From the sequence record NZ_CP027240.1: a DNA stretch of 51,945 nucleotides. The stretch is one strand, 5' to 3'. The stretch comes from a plasmid. The notes beneath the pieces are model-generated. The model saw nothing but the letters and a program-made list of their open reading frames with translations, was not told the origin of the DNA and did no database searches. The number at the start of each line of letters is the position of its first letter. Position 1 is the stretch's first letter. Position numbers and translations under genes: made by a program. This document shows, in pieces, positions 38,571 to 47,952 of this stretch.

Positions 38571-40580
38571 TCAGGCTGCGGTGCGGGCCCATTGGTGCGG
38601 GGCCAGCAGCATGTCGGGGGCGGGCAGTGCGGCGCGGGCTGCGGCAACTAGTTCCCACCAGCTGTCGGGATCGGCCTCGCGATGGCAATCTTGGGCAGCC
38701 ATCGCCGCACCCCAGGTGGTGGCTGATACTGGCGGGCCGGTGGCGGCGGCGCCGTAGGCCAGGGCGATGTCGGTCGGGTGGATCTGCTCCGCCTCATCAG
38801 GATTGGGAAACTCGCCCCACTCGGCCAACGCGTCAGAGCGCTCTGGCTGCTGCCGGGTGGTGAACCACCACACGAACACCGCCGAATGCAGCCGGTACAG
38901 GCGCACCCGGTCGGCGTGCGCACCGTCGACACCAGCAGCAACAGCGGCTCGCGCTAACCGGGAACGACTCCGGTACACCCGGCCATCCGCGGTGCACAGC
39001 CCGAACGAGCGCAGTGCGCGCAGTTTGCTGCGCACCGTCGCCGGACAGATCCCCAGCCTGGTCGCCAGCTCACGCACCGATGCGCGACCAGCGGCCAAGT
39101 GTGTCCACACGCGCATGCCCAACACCCCCAGGGTGCGGGCGTGCCAAATGTCCTCCCGGGCGCATTCGAGCTCAGCGTCAAGCTGGCGCTGCATCTCTGG
39201 AGTAAATACTGCGCCACTTCTTTGCTCCCCGCCCCCTGGTCTCACGATCCGCCACACTGCCGCCCACGGGCCGACTGCTCGCTGCACGCGGGCGACCCAC
39301 CCCTGCTGGCACAGGACTTTGAGTCGGTCGGCGACGGTGTCTCTGGTCAGGCCGGCGGCGAGGGCCCAGTCGCGCTCGGACAGGTGCACCTCGCTAGCCG
39401 CGGCTGCGAGGGTGCGTGCTGCCAGTGCCAGGAGCACCAGGCGGTCCTGGGCTCCTGTCTTGCCGGCCCACCGGCAGGGCTGAGCGTCCATACGGGTGAG
39501 CAGGTCGGCGACAGCGGCCTCGGCAGTTCGGCGGGCGGGTGAGGGTCCTGCAGTGCTGCGGTGGGTGTAGCTGGCTGCGGTGACGGCTTTGGCCCACTGG
39601 CGGGCCAACTCAGCTGCCGCGTCGAATCGGGGTGCGCGCTCCCCCGCACTGGTGCGGTGGGTGCGGACAAACTCCAACCCGGGCCAACGGGCGGTGAAAG
39701 CGGCCTCGTGCACGTCGCGGTACTGCATCCGGGCGTGGGCGCAGGCCAACAGGATCGACCACCCCACCGCGGAGGCATCCGTGCGGTCGGTGATCGGGGC
39801 GCGGGCAAGGGCACGAATCTGTGGGTTCAGGGGGCGTTTGGGCCCGGAGAGGCACGGATGACCTTGCACATCAACGTGCACAGGAACCGGCGCGATCCCA
39901 GCACCGGCGGTGGCTCTGCTGCTGGCTTGAGGGAGTTGTGTCAGGTGCGTGAGTACGGTGCGCAAGGCCCGCAGGGACACCGGGCGAATATGAGGATCCG
40001 TCAGGGGCATCGATGTGCCGCCGGCGCGGTGGGGCGAGCCCGGGGCGCGGACACAACCCGTGCGCGAATTAGCCAGCGGGCCCCGATCCAGCGAGGGCCA
40101 CACGGCGCAGAAAGCGTCGAAGATCGGTGCCAGGCGCTGCGCGGAGACGGCGGTGCTCAACCGGATCCACACGTGGTATCCCCCACCAGGTCCTGACGAG
40201 CACACCAGATGCTCGATGCCCGCGGCAGTCAAGGCAGCCGTGCACGCTGCGAGGTCTCTGTCCGCGGTTGAGCCGGCACGGTGGGCGTCAAAATCCAGGG
40301 CGAGGAGCCGAAACTTGCCCGATTCATCGGCTAGGTGCAGCGCGAAAGGTGTCCCCTCCCCCGGCGCGCCGTCGGTGAGGCGCCTGGTGGCGGCGAAGGT
40401 ATGCGCTTTGCGGGAGTCGACACGCACATACGGACGCGGACTCCACGCGCACACCACAGAGTCCCACCACCAGGTGGGATCGAGAGGTATGAGGTTGTCG
40501 CGGTCAGAGCGAGACACGCCGACCGGATCGACTGGACCATCCGATGGGTATGACTTACTCTGAGAGGTGCCTGGAAGCAC
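38571..40580 (-). CDS. Plasmid replication initiator with archaeo-eukaryotic primase (Prim-Pol) domain
   Basis: LLALDFDAH (DxD) and GGGYHVWIRL (h-H-h) Prim-Pol motifs in the N-terminal third. Located next to par genes and iterons. Confidence 0.6.
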   Translation of the reverse strand: MLPGTSQSKSYPSDGPVDPVGVSRSDRDNLIPLDPTWWWDSVVCAWSPRPYVRVDSRKAHTFAATRRLTDGAPGEGTPFALHLADESGKFRLLALDFDAHRAGSTADRDLAACTAALTAAGIEHLVCSSGPGGGYHVWIRLSTAVSAQRLAPIFDAFCAVWPSLDRGPLANSRTGCVRAPGSPHRAGGTSMPLTDPHIRPVSLRALRTVLTHLTQLPQASSRATAGAGIAPVPVHVDVQGHPCLSGPKRPLNPQIRALARAPITDRTDASAVGWSILLACAHARMQYRDVHEAAFTARWPGLEFVRTHRTSAGERAPRFDAAAELARQWAKAVTAASYTHRSTAGPSPARRTAEAAVADLLTRMDAQPCRWAGKTGAQDRLVLLALAARTLAAAASEVHLSERDWALAAGLTRDTVADRLKVLCQQGWVARVQRAVGPWAAVWRIVRPGGGEQRSGAVFTPEMQRQLDAELECAREDIWHARTLGVLGMRVWTHLAAGRASVRELATRLGICPATVRSKLRALRSFGLCTADGRVYRSRSRLARAAVAAGVDGAHADRVRLYRLHSAVFVWWFTTRQQPERSDALAEWGEFPNPDEAEQIHPTDIALAYGAAATGPPVSATTWGAAMAAQDCHREADPDSWWELVAAARAALPAPDMLLAPHQWARTAA

Positions 40581-40640
40581 AGCTCTCCTAATTGGTGAGC
40601 AACACCGAGTTTGAGCGCCAACTCAGACTCTTGACTTTCG

Positions 40641-40670
40641 ATACCGGCCCACTCGCCAGTGGGCCGGTAT
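40641..40670. other. Perfect 13-bp stem / 4-nt loop hairpin ATACCGGCCCACT-CGCC-AGTGGGCCGGTAT between the RHH gene and rep. Candidate ssi/ori or attenuator element.
   Basis: Seen directly. Not followed by a U-run on either strand, so not a canonical intrinsic terminator. Confidence 0.4.
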
Positions 40671-40726
40671 CAGTCATTTCAGGTGCTGCATGGAGTGTTC
40701 AGTTTTCAGTCAGGCAGCTGGCTACT

Positions 40727-40942
40727 TCACGCGGGAATCGCCTCCTGGTCGTCGTAGCTCGACACGGCTTCAGACATGCCGAGGTGTGCCGCTGCGACCT
40801 CGGCTACGTACTGGTTCATTGAGATGCCACGGGCTGCCGCTTCACGTCGAAGCGCGTCGTAGACATCTGAAGGTACGCGGACTGTCATTCGTGTCCGCTC
40901 CCCTAGCGCTGGTCTCCCAGGCCCAGATCGTGTGGTCGCCAT
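40727..40942 (-). CDS. Ribbon-helix-helix (CopG/Arc/MetJ-type) DNA-binding protein upstream of rep
   Basis: VRVPSDVYDALRREAAARGISMNQYVAEV RHH fold signature. Confidence 0.7.
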   Translation of the reverse strand: MATTRSGPGRPALGERTRMTVRVPSDVYDALRREAAARGISMNQYVAEVAAAHLGMSEAVSSYDDQEAIPA

Positions 40943-41005
40943 GACGTCAAAAATGGCATGCCTGACGTCAAAAATGCGCGCGACACGCGCAAGGCGTCAA
41001 ACATG
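40942..41005. repeat. Three iteron-like direct repeats TGACGTCAAAAATG (x2) and GGCGTCAAACATG, each containing or derived from the palindrome TGACGTCA. Spaced 21 and 30 bp apart and abutting the RHH gene start.
   Basis: Seen directly at 40942-40955, 40963-40976, 40993-41005. Confidence 0.7.
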
Positions 41006-41069
41006 CCGCGAGCGGCGCCCTCGAGGACCGACGCGCCTTGGAGGTCGGGTCACTCCCCAATCAGCTGGC

Positions 41070-41369
41070 TCAACACCCCTTTGACTCCAAGTACTCGACG
41101 ATGGCCTTGTCGGTGATAGAAGCAATGCTGATGGTGCGGTCGCCAGTTTCGTAGCGGAGCTTGTCTACTGCACGTAATAGACGCGCTTTAGTGGACGGGC
41201 GAAGCCGTACGTTGTGCTGCTCTGTCAGTCGCTCTTCTTCAGCTGAGCCGCCTGGCGCGGAAGCCGGGGGCGTGGGAATAGCTGGTGGCTTAGTTCGTGA
41301 AGGCCTCTCAGGCAGGTCTGCTGCAGGATGCACAGCTCGACGGATTGCGGGTTCACGTTCGATGCTCAT
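41070..41369 (-). CDS. ParG-like RHH centromere-binding protein (ParB analog of a type Ib partition system)
   Basis: C-terminal VRLRPSTKARLLRAVDKLRYETGDRTISIASITDKAIVEYL RHH. Translationally coupled (ATGA overlap) to parA. Confidence 0.6.
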   Translation of the reverse strand: MSIEREPAIRRAVHPAADLPERPSRTKPPAIPTPPASAPGGSAEEERLTEQHNVRLRPSTKARLLRAVDKLRYETGDRTISIASITDKAIVEYLESKGC

Positions 41370-42148
41370 GCTGCAGCTCCTTTGGGGCCAAGCGCTAGCT
41401 CTGCTAGCAGATCTGTATACGCGACCTGGAGGGCTAGGGCCTTTCCGCCGGTGAAGCTATGGATCGGTGTGTGCGAGCTATGTGCGTCCTGGCGTGCGGT
41501 TAGCTCCGGGATTGAGGTCTTAGCCACCAAGTCCCCGTACGTGTCGCGAAGTTCACGCTCGCGGAATTGGTGTTCGCCGGTTGTTCTCTTGCGGCTCAGG
41601 ACGAGCTTTTCGAGCACGAGGTGCGGGTTGGGTCGCCTCTGGACGTTACGGATAGTCTCTTGCAGGTTTTCAATCCCGCGGACACTGTCAATGGTCGGCT
41701 CAGTGACAGCGATGACTCCGTCTGCTGCGCAAAGCACGGCGAAGAGGAGCTTCCCCAGAGATGGTGGGCAGTCAAATAGGACCGCGTCGTAGGCGGACAG
41801 GTCGAGCCCCTCGAATGCGATGTCGAGGCGGAAGATGAGGTCATTGGCGCCGTCAGATTCGATGTTCGCCAGCGCTTCGTTGGATGGGATGAGATCCACT
41901 TTGTCCCATGGAGTTGCGATGACTGCGTCGGCTGCCGACCCCGGGACCGTTCGGTTCATGAGGTCGAATGTCGTCATCATGGTCTCCGTCAATTCGACAC
42001 CGAGGCCCGTCGTGGAGTTGCCCTGAGGATCGACGTCCACCACTAGAACGTTGCGTCCTTGATGGCTTAGCGCACTGGCCAAGCCCAGCGTTGTAGCAGT
42101 TTTGCCGACGCCGCCCTTCTGGTTGCAGAGAGCCAGTTTTCGAGTCAA
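41366..42148 (-). CDS. parA: ParA-family partition ATPase (small type Ib ParA)
   Basis: Deviant Walker A KGGVGKT. 260 aa. Confidence 0.9.
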   Translation of the reverse strand: MTRKLALCNQKGGVGKTATTLGLASALSHQGRNVLVVDVDPQGNSTTGLGVELTETMMTTFDLMNRTVPGSAADAVIATPWDKVDLIPSNEALANIESDGANDLIFRLDIAFEGLDLSAYDAVLFDCPPSLGKLLFAVLCAADGVIAVTEPTIDSVRGIENLQETIRNVQRRPNPHLVLEKLVLSRKRTTGEHQFRERELRDTYGDLVAKTSIPELTARQDAHSSHTPIHSFTGGKALALQVAYTDLLAELALGPKGAAA

Positions 42149-42400
42149 TGTCCATTCCTCTCCACGAAGGTAGCCGGGCGAAGCTAGCTGTGACGACAGC
42201 TCTAGCGAGCCTAGCTCGAGTAGTAAGACTACCTTGCGTGTCTAGCACAGACTGTGGCAACAACGCTAGCTAAGAAGACTAACTGTGCTTTACAGGCTAT
42301 CAGTGATAGCAAAGCTATGACTGCGGCGCTAGCTATTACGAAGTAACTAGCGTACGGTGCCAAGGCCAACAGGCCCAGTGGAGTGCGGTCGCAATCGGCT

Positions 42401-42655
42401 TCAGTCAAGTAGGTCGAGGTAGGTGCGGCGCGCCTTCATTGCGTGAATGACTTCGGTACTGCCGTCGTCGTAATGCAGAGCGACCAATTCCAGCACTCGG
42501 GCCTGGGAGTCGAATCCAAGCGTGAGGACCCGTTGGGGGTGGTCGTCGTCGAGTGGTCCGGCCAGGAGGGGAGTGGCCAGCGCGGCGAGGATGTCGTTGT
42601 CGCTGATGCCGTGCTTGCGAGCGGATTGCCGGATGATCACGAGGCGGCGGCCCAC
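42401..42655 (-). CDS. brnT: BrnT-like (DUF497) type II toxin
   Basis: KHGIS...RVLTLGF...VIHAMKARR pattern resembling BrnT. Overlaps the upstream RHH-protein gene. Confidence 0.5.
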   Translation of the reverse strand: MGRRLVIIRQSARKHGISDNDILAALATPLLAGPLDDDHPQRVLTLGFDSQARVLELVALHYDDGSTEVIHAMKARRTYLDLLD

Positions 42656-42894
42656 TGGGCCAGCGCCTGACGGATCGCCTCGGACCGGTTGAGGTGCTCG
42701 CGTTCAGCACGAGCCATGACGGCCCCAAGCTCGGCGTCAGTAAGGCGGACCGGCACGACCTTCGCTGCGTGTTCGGCTCGCGCCGGGCGGCCAAGGCGCT
42801 TGCCCAACCACTCGGGGTCGTAGCCAGTTTCGGCTTCATCGACCCACTGGGCGATCTGCTCCTCGGAAACGTTGTGGCCCTGAATCTTCCGCTC
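42637..42894 (-). CDS. brnA: BrnA-like RHH antitoxin
   Basis: C-terminal VPVRLTDAELGAVMARAEREHLNRSEAIRQALAQW RHH motif. 19-bp overlap with the toxin gene. Confidence 0.5.
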   Translation of the reverse strand, partial: ERKIQGHNVSEEQIAQWVDEAETGYDPEWLGKRLGRPARAEHAAKVVPVRLTDAELGAVMARAEREHLNRSEAIRQALAQWAAAS

Positions 42895-43144
42895 CATGAA
42901 CACAATCGTAATACGAATACCTGGCCAGGGGAAGGAACGCACTGGGGTCAGCCAAGCGACGGGTTTGTTAGGTACCCGGGTCCTTCGGCTCTCGCCCGAA
43001 CCCCGGCTCAACATCATCGCGGCCGAAAGCGTCGACCAGGACCGCCCCGGGCCCTGCTAGCGAGCACCGGCCACACCTGTCGAGACGCTAACAGCGACCA
43101 CAGGTGCATTTGGTTTTGACCAGCAGTGACGACAGAATCTGACA

Positions 43145-43321
43145 TTATCGGCACATCCCGTCGTTACTCAGCGTGAACTCGACCGGTTCGCCCACGGTGA
43201 TCTCCAGCTCTACCTCGCCCGACCGAACCTTGTCGCTGTAGATCGCGGTCTGGCCGAACTTGCATGGCTCTCCGCTCGGGCTCGTATCGCAGATCATCGG
43301 GTCAGCCGAGGAAGAGGGCTC
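43145..43321 (-). pseudogene. 3' part (59 codons, ...CKFGQTAIYSDKVRSGEVELEITVGEPVEFTLSNDGMCR*) of the gene whose 5' part is 148..483, separated by IS256-mediated linearisation
   Basis: In-frame continuation of the 148..483 ORF when 154..161 is joined to 43322..43329 (shared CGCTCCTT). Protein-like composition. Stop at 43145. Confidence 0.45.
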
Positions 43322-43329
43322 CGCTCCTT

Positions 43330-44742
43330 GGTCAAGTCCCAGGTAGTGGTGTATCGCCTGTGATCCTTCGTAGGGGTTAGGCGCTGAGTTCGAGGACGGG
43401 GTCGGTGCTCACCTCCGTCGTCGTGTCGGTCACTGGAGCGAGTCGGCAGCGGGCGAGGACTTCGAGGCCGAGGTAGCGGCGGCCTTCGGCCCATTCGTCG
43501 GTCTGTTCGGCCAGCACGGCCCCGACGAGGCGAACGATGGCCTGCCGGTTGGGGAAGATGCCCACGGCGTCGGTGCGGCGCCGGATCTCCTTGTTCAGCC
43601 GCTCGGAGGGGTTGTTGGACCAGATCTGGGTCCAGACGTCCTTGGGGAAGGCGGTGAAGGCCAGGATGTCGGCGCGGGCGGCGTCGAGGTGCTCGGCCAC
43701 CGCCGGCAGCTTGGCGGCCACGTAGTCCAGCAGCCGGTCGAACTGGGCGTGCACCGCGGCGGCGTCGGGCTGGTCGTAGACCGAGTGCAGCATCGCCTTG
43801 ACCGCCGGCCACATCGACTTCGGGGTCACGCTCATGAGGTTGGCGGCGTAGTGGGTGCGGCAGCGCTGCCAGGTGGCGCCGGGAAGGTTGGCCGCGATGG
43901 CCTCGACGAGGCCGGCGTGCGCGTCTGAGGTCACGAGCCGGACCCCAGCCAGGCCGCGGGCCACGAGGTCGGCGAAGAACTCGTTCCACGCCGCCCCGGT
44001 CTCGGCCGTGGCCACCCGCATGCCCAGGACCTCGCGGTGCCCGTCACCGTTGACACCGGTCGCGATCAGGACCACGGCGTTGATGACCCGCCCGCCCTCG
44101 CGCACCTTCATGGTCAGGGCGTCGGCGGCGACGAACGTGAAGGGTCCGGCCTCGTCGAGGGGCCGGTGGCGGAAGGCCTCGACCTGGGCGTCGAGGTCGG
44201 CGGCCATCCGGGACACCTGCGACTTCGACAGGCTGTTGATGCCCAGCTGCTTGACGAGCTTGTCCATCCGGCGGGTGCTCACCCCGGCCAGATAACAGTC
44301 CGCCACCACCGTGATCAGCGCCGACTCGGCCCGCTTGCGCCGCTCGAGCAGCCACTCGGGGAAGTACGTCCCGGTGCGCAGCTTGGGGATCGCGACGTCG
44401 ATCGTGCCGACCCGGGTGTCCAGGTCGCGGTGCCGGTAGCCGTTGCGCTGCGCGGTCCGGTCCGGGCTGCGTTGGCCCCACTCGGCACCGACCACCGCGT
44501 CGGCGTCGGCGGACAGCAGCGCGTTGATCACCGTCTGCAGCAGGTTGCGCATGAGGTCCGGGGAGGCTTCCGCCAGGGCCTCGCCAAGCAGGCCGGCAGG
44601 GTCGACAATGTGAGGTGCGGTCACCGTGATGCTCCGTTCGAGAGTGCTGTGAAGGGTTCACTCGAAGATCACGCGGTGGCCGCTCCACGTCTACTACGAC
44701 GAGGCCGGCAACCGCGTTACACCATCATCGGGGACTCAACTC
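43330..44742 (-). mobile_element. IS256-family insertion sequence, copy B (complete, ~1413 bp). Imperfect IRs GGTCAAGTCCCAGGTAGTGGTGTATCGC / GAGTTGAGTCCCCGATGATGGTGTAACGC.
   Basis: Ends defined by comparison with copies A and C. Left flank CGCTCCTT (43322-43329). Confidence 0.85.
43377..44624 (-). CDS. IS256-family (Mutator-like) transposase
   Basis: 415 aa with DDE motif typical of IS256 transposases. Three copies or fragments in the window. Confidence 0.9.
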   Translation of the reverse strand: MTAPHIVDPAGLLGEALAEASPDLMRNLLQTVINALLSADADAVVGAEWGQRSPDRTAQRNGYRHRDLDTRVGTIDVAIPKLRTGTYFPEWLLERRKRAESALITVVADCYLAGVSTRRMDKLVKQLGINSLSKSQVSRMAADLDAQVEAFRHRPLDEAGPFTFVAADALTMKVREGGRVINAVVLIATGVNGDGHREVLGMRVATAETGAAWNEFFADLVARGLAGVRLVTSDAHAGLVEAIAANLPGATWQRCRTHYAANLMSVTPKSMWPAVKAMLHSVYDQPDAAAVHAQFDRLLDYVAAKLPAVAEHLDAARADILAFTAFPKDVWTQIWSNNPSERLNKEIRRRTDAVGIFPNRQAIVRLVGAVLAEQTDEWAEGRRYLGLEVLARCRLAPVTDTTTEVSTDPVLELSA

Positions 44743-45033
44743 GTTTCCGCCCTGAAGGAGCGCTGCGTGGGCGGGAGACGATGTGATCTACTGCGTTCCT
44801 CGCCAACCCAGGCGAAGCCCTCATGCAGTCGGCGCGTGGTTCCGGCGCCTTCATTTACCGTACTCATCGAGATCGGTCAGGCCAGTCACTATGGAAACCG
44901 TGGCCCTCGCGGGGAAGTGGGCATCGCTCTAGCGTTACCCGCCAGTCCTCATGAGTTCGCCGTCGCGGAACGGTGCGGACTTGGTCGCCAACGCGCCTGT
45001 CGGCGCCATGCAGACGTCGACAGGCGCGGAAAG

Positions 45034-47106
45034 TCATCTGCCGTGCTCGCGCTGGTCGTACGAGCTTCCCGCGGCTACCGAGTGTCCATCGGTCGTCGAG
45101 CCCGGAGCGCACGGTCGCCCGGAGTTCAGGTCAGAACCTTGGCGGGTACCGAAATCGACCTGGGCGCGCCTAGTTTCGCCACGGCCCGGGCGGAGCATGC
45201 GCAGGCCGTTGAGGATGATCAGCGCCGCGCTGCCCTCGTTGAGGAGCAGGCCGGTGGTCAGGGACATCCAGCCGGCGAGGGCGGCGACGATCAGGATGGC
45301 GACGACGGTCAGGCTCAGGGCGATGTTGATCTTGATGTTGTTCCGAGCGCGGCGCGATAGTCGGATGGCGGCCGGGAGCCGGTCGAGCTCGTCGGCCATG
45401 AGGGCGACATCGGCGGTCTCTAGGGCGACGTCGGTGCTGGCGGCACCCATGGCGATGGCGAGGTCGGCGTTGGCCAGGGCGGGGGCGTCGTTGACGCCGT
45501 CGCCGACCATCGCGATCACGCCGTGTTTCTCGCGCAGCTCACGGATTGCGGCGGATTTGTCCTCGGGGAGCAACTCGGCGCGGTAGTCGTCTAGCCCCAG
45601 GGCCTGCGCGGTGGATCTGGCGACGGTGGCGTTGTCGCCGGTGAGCATCAGGACCCGCTCGACTCCGAGGTCGCGCAGCTCGGTAAGGGTGCTTTCGGCG
45701 TCGGGGCGCAGCTGGTCGGCCACCGCCACGACGGCCAAGGGTCGGGTGTCGTCGCGAAGAACCACGGCCGTGCATCCTTCCGCCTCGGCGTGCGCCAGCG
45801 CCGGGCCTGCGGTGCCGTCAGTCCGGTCCTCGTCGGTGGGCCGGCCGATGTGCAGGGTGCGACCGTCGAGGGTGGCTTCCATGCCGGCTCCTGGCAGGGC
45901 GCGTGCATCCTGGACGGCCGGGATGGTCAACCCGCGGTCGCGGGCACCGGCCACGATCGCGGTCGCGATGGGGTGCTCGCTACCGGTCTCGACCGCCGCC
46001 GCAAGGGTCAGAGCCTCGTCCTCGCTGATCCCGTCGAGGGGCGTCACTTGAGCGAGAGTGGGCCGGCCGCGGGTGAGGGTGCCGGTCTTGTCGAAGGCGA
46101 CGGCCTTGATGTCGGCCAGGCGCTCAAGGTAGATGCCGCCCTTGATGAGGATGCCGTCGCGGGCGCCCCGGGCGATAGCGGTGACCACGCTGACAGGCAC
46201 CGAGATGATCAGGGCGCAGGAGCAGGAGACGACCAGGACCACGAGGGCTCGGTAGATCGCCTCGCGCCACTCGAAGCCGAGCAGCGGCAGTACTAGTGCC
46301 ACGGCTATGGCCAGGGCGAACATCGCCGGGGTGTAGACAGCACCGAACTTGTCCGCGAACCGCTCGGCGCCGCTGCGGTTGGCCTGGGCCTCCTCGACCT
46401 GCTCGATCACGCGGGCCAGGACCGTGTCGTAGTACTCCTTGGTGACCTCGATCCGCAGCACGCCATTGCCGTTGAGGCTGCCGCCGAAGACCTCGGTGCC
46501 CGCGGTGGCCTCGACCGGCACGGACTCCCCGGTCACCGGGCTGGCGTCCACCCACGAGGCGCCATCGATCACAGCGCCGTCGGTGGGTAGGCGCTCACCG
46601 GGACGCACCAGGACGACGTCACCGGGGTGGAGTTCCTCCACCGCCACGGTCTTGGTCGCCCCGTCATCGTTGAGTCGGTTGGCGGTGGGGGGTGCGAGCT
46701 CCATCAGGGCGCTAATAGACCCGCGGGCCTTGTCGGTGGCGTAGGCCTCCATCGCCTCACCGAGGCTGAAGATGACGACGAGCATCGCCGCCTCCTCGAT
46801 CACCCCAAGCGCGATGGCTCCGATGGCGGCCACGACCAGCAGCACGGTGATGGTCAGCCGTTTGTGGCGCACCGCCCGGATCGCGCTGCGCAATGGGTAG
46901 ACGCCGCCGATGAGGATCGCGCCCCAGAATAGGGCCAGGGCCACCGGCTCGGAGTGGATGGTCCACTCCACCACCAGCCCGGCCACCAGCAGCACCGCGG
47001 CGACGGCCAGCGTGACCATCTCGGGCTTCTGCCACCAGCGGCGGGCGCGAGGCCGAACCGCGACAGCGGACGTGACGTGTGGTGACGTGCTCGCATTAGC
47101 ACTCAT
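45034..47106 (-). CDS. P1B-type heavy-metal translocating ATPase lacking an N-terminal metal-binding domain, with atypical TM motif S-C-S-C (CSC instead of CPC/SPC)
   Basis: DKTGTLT, GDGVNDAP, TGES motifs. 8 TM. TM6 sequence VVLVVSCSCALIIS confirmed on the DNA (tcc tgc tcc tgc). Confidence 0.85.
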   Translation of the reverse strand: MSANASTSPHVTSAVAVRPRARRWWQKPEMVTLAVAAVLLVAGLVVEWTIHSEPVALALFWGAILIGGVYPLRSAIRAVRHKRLTITVLLVVAAIGAIALGVIEEAAMLVVIFSLGEAMEAYATDKARGSISALMELAPPTANRLNDDGATKTVAVEELHPGDVVLVRPGERLPTDGAVIDGASWVDASPVTGESVPVEATAGTEVFGGSLNGNGVLRIEVTKEYYDTVLARVIEQVEEAQANRSGAERFADKFGAVYTPAMFALAIAVALVLPLLGFEWREAIYRALVVLVVSCSCALIISVPVSVVTAIARGARDGILIKGGIYLERLADIKAVAFDKTGTLTRGRPTLAQVTPLDGISEDEALTLAAAVETGSEHPIATAIVAGARDRGLTIPAVQDARALPGAGMEATLDGRTLHIGRPTDEDRTDGTAGPALAHAEAEGCTAVVLRDDTRPLAVVAVADQLRPDAESTLTELRDLGVERVLMLTGDNATVARSTAQALGLDDYRAELLPEDKSAAIRELREKHGVIAMVGDGVNDAPALANADLAIAMGAASTDVALETADVALMADELDRLPAAIRLSRRARNNIKINIALSLTVVAILIVAALAGWMSLTTGLLLNEGSAALIILNGLRMLRPGRGETRRAQVDFGTRQGSDLNSGRPCAPGSTTDGHSVAAGSSYDQREHGR

Positions 47107-47135
47107 CGACTATTTCCCTTCCTCCACCGGTGACT

Positions 47136-47381
47136 TCATGCCCGGACCGGGCGCGCCGGGCCGGCGGCGACCAGGGGCAGCCCGGACTTCTTCGCGGCCG
47201 CGACGACGGCGTCATCGCTCACGGTGCCGTCGTGAGTGACCAGCACCAGACCGGAAGCAAGCGCGTCGACCTCCTTGACCCCGGGCAGGGACTCCACGAC
47301 GGCGAGGTCACCCGCGCAGGTCACGCAGCCGCCTTCGATGGCGCGGTACTTGGAGCGGAGGAACTGGGTAGGGGTGGTCAC
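47136..47381 (-). CDS. Small HMA-like (heavy-metal-associated fold) putative metallochaperone with CVTC motif
   Basis: 81 aa, GGCVTCAG...LPGV...beta-alpha-beta-beta-alpha-beta-like pattern. Immediately upstream of the ATPase gene. Confidence 0.45.
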   Translation of the reverse strand: MTTPTQFLRSKYRAIEGGCVTCAGDLAVVESLPGVKEVDALASGLVLVTHDGTVSDDAVVAAAKKSGLPLVAAGPARPVRA

Positions 47382-47482
47382 GGTTGATCTCCTTCTAGCT
47401 CGTGGAACATCGGACTTCGATGGACGTCAAAGTCTACGTTCCCGAGTTTGCCGTAGAGTTCGATACATGTCAATATGTACCC

Positions 47483-47857
47483 ATGTCGATGTCTGGTCTG
47501 TCCGCCCGTGACGCCGCGTTGGGATACTGCACGCCCCTCGCCCGCGAGCCGATCACCCCGGCGCAGGCCGAAGGTGTCTCCCGCATGCTTAAGGCTCTGG
47601 CCGATCCGGTGCGGCTGCGATTGATGTCGATGATCCTGTCCCACGAGGGCGCCCAGGCGTGCGCCATGTGCGACCTGACAGAAGGCTTCGACCTGTCGCA
47701 GTCGACCCTCAGCCACCACCTGAAAGTTATGCACGACGCCGGCTTGGTCGACCGCCACAAGCGCGGCGTTTGGGTCTACTACAAGGCCCGCACGGAGGCG
47801 ATGGACGCCCTGCGCACCCTGTTCAGCGGCGACCTCGCTGCTCCTCAGTTGGCGTGA
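47483..47857 (+). CDS. ArsR/SmtB-family metalloregulator (CadC/CmtR-like), divergent from the chaperone-ATPase operon
   Basis: LADPVRLRLMSMIL...ACAMCDL...STLSHHLKVMHDAGLV. N-terminal Cys. Start chosen at an internal ATG. Confidence 0.75.
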   Translation: MSMSGLSARDAALGYCTPLAREPITPAQAEGVSRMLKALADPVRLRLMSMILSHEGAQACAMCDLTEGFDLSQSTLSHHLKVMHDAGLVDRHKRGVWVYYKARTEAMDALRTLFSGDLAAPQLA

Positions 47858-47952
47858 CCGAAACTCTTGTCCTGTCTTCTCGGTACGGCCGCGAACTTGG
47901 GTTATCTTCTGGGATGCGAGCACATCTCGGCGGCGCATGCGCCGCCTCTGGT

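Noticed and set aside
40641-40670. Hairpin as Rho-independent terminator of the RHH gene
   Set aside because: No U-tract follows on either strand. Kept as a structural element of unknown role instead.
40942-41005. Possible CRISPR array
   Set aside because: Only three short imperfect repeats with unequal spacing, located in a promoter/operator context. No further repeats and no cas genes. Interpreted as iterons/operator.
44570-44650. Apparent single-base differences between IS256 copy B and copies A/C near the transposase start
   Set aside because: My reading of these lines and the ORF-track translation disagree by compensating 1-nt indels. This is more likely a transcription or reading ambiguity than real frameshifts, since the track shows an intact 415-aa ORF.
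45034-45180. ~45-residue C-terminal extension of the P-type ATPase beyond the last TM helix
   Set aside because: Could be native or read-through into spacer. There is no way to decide from sequence alone, so it is not reported as a separate feature.
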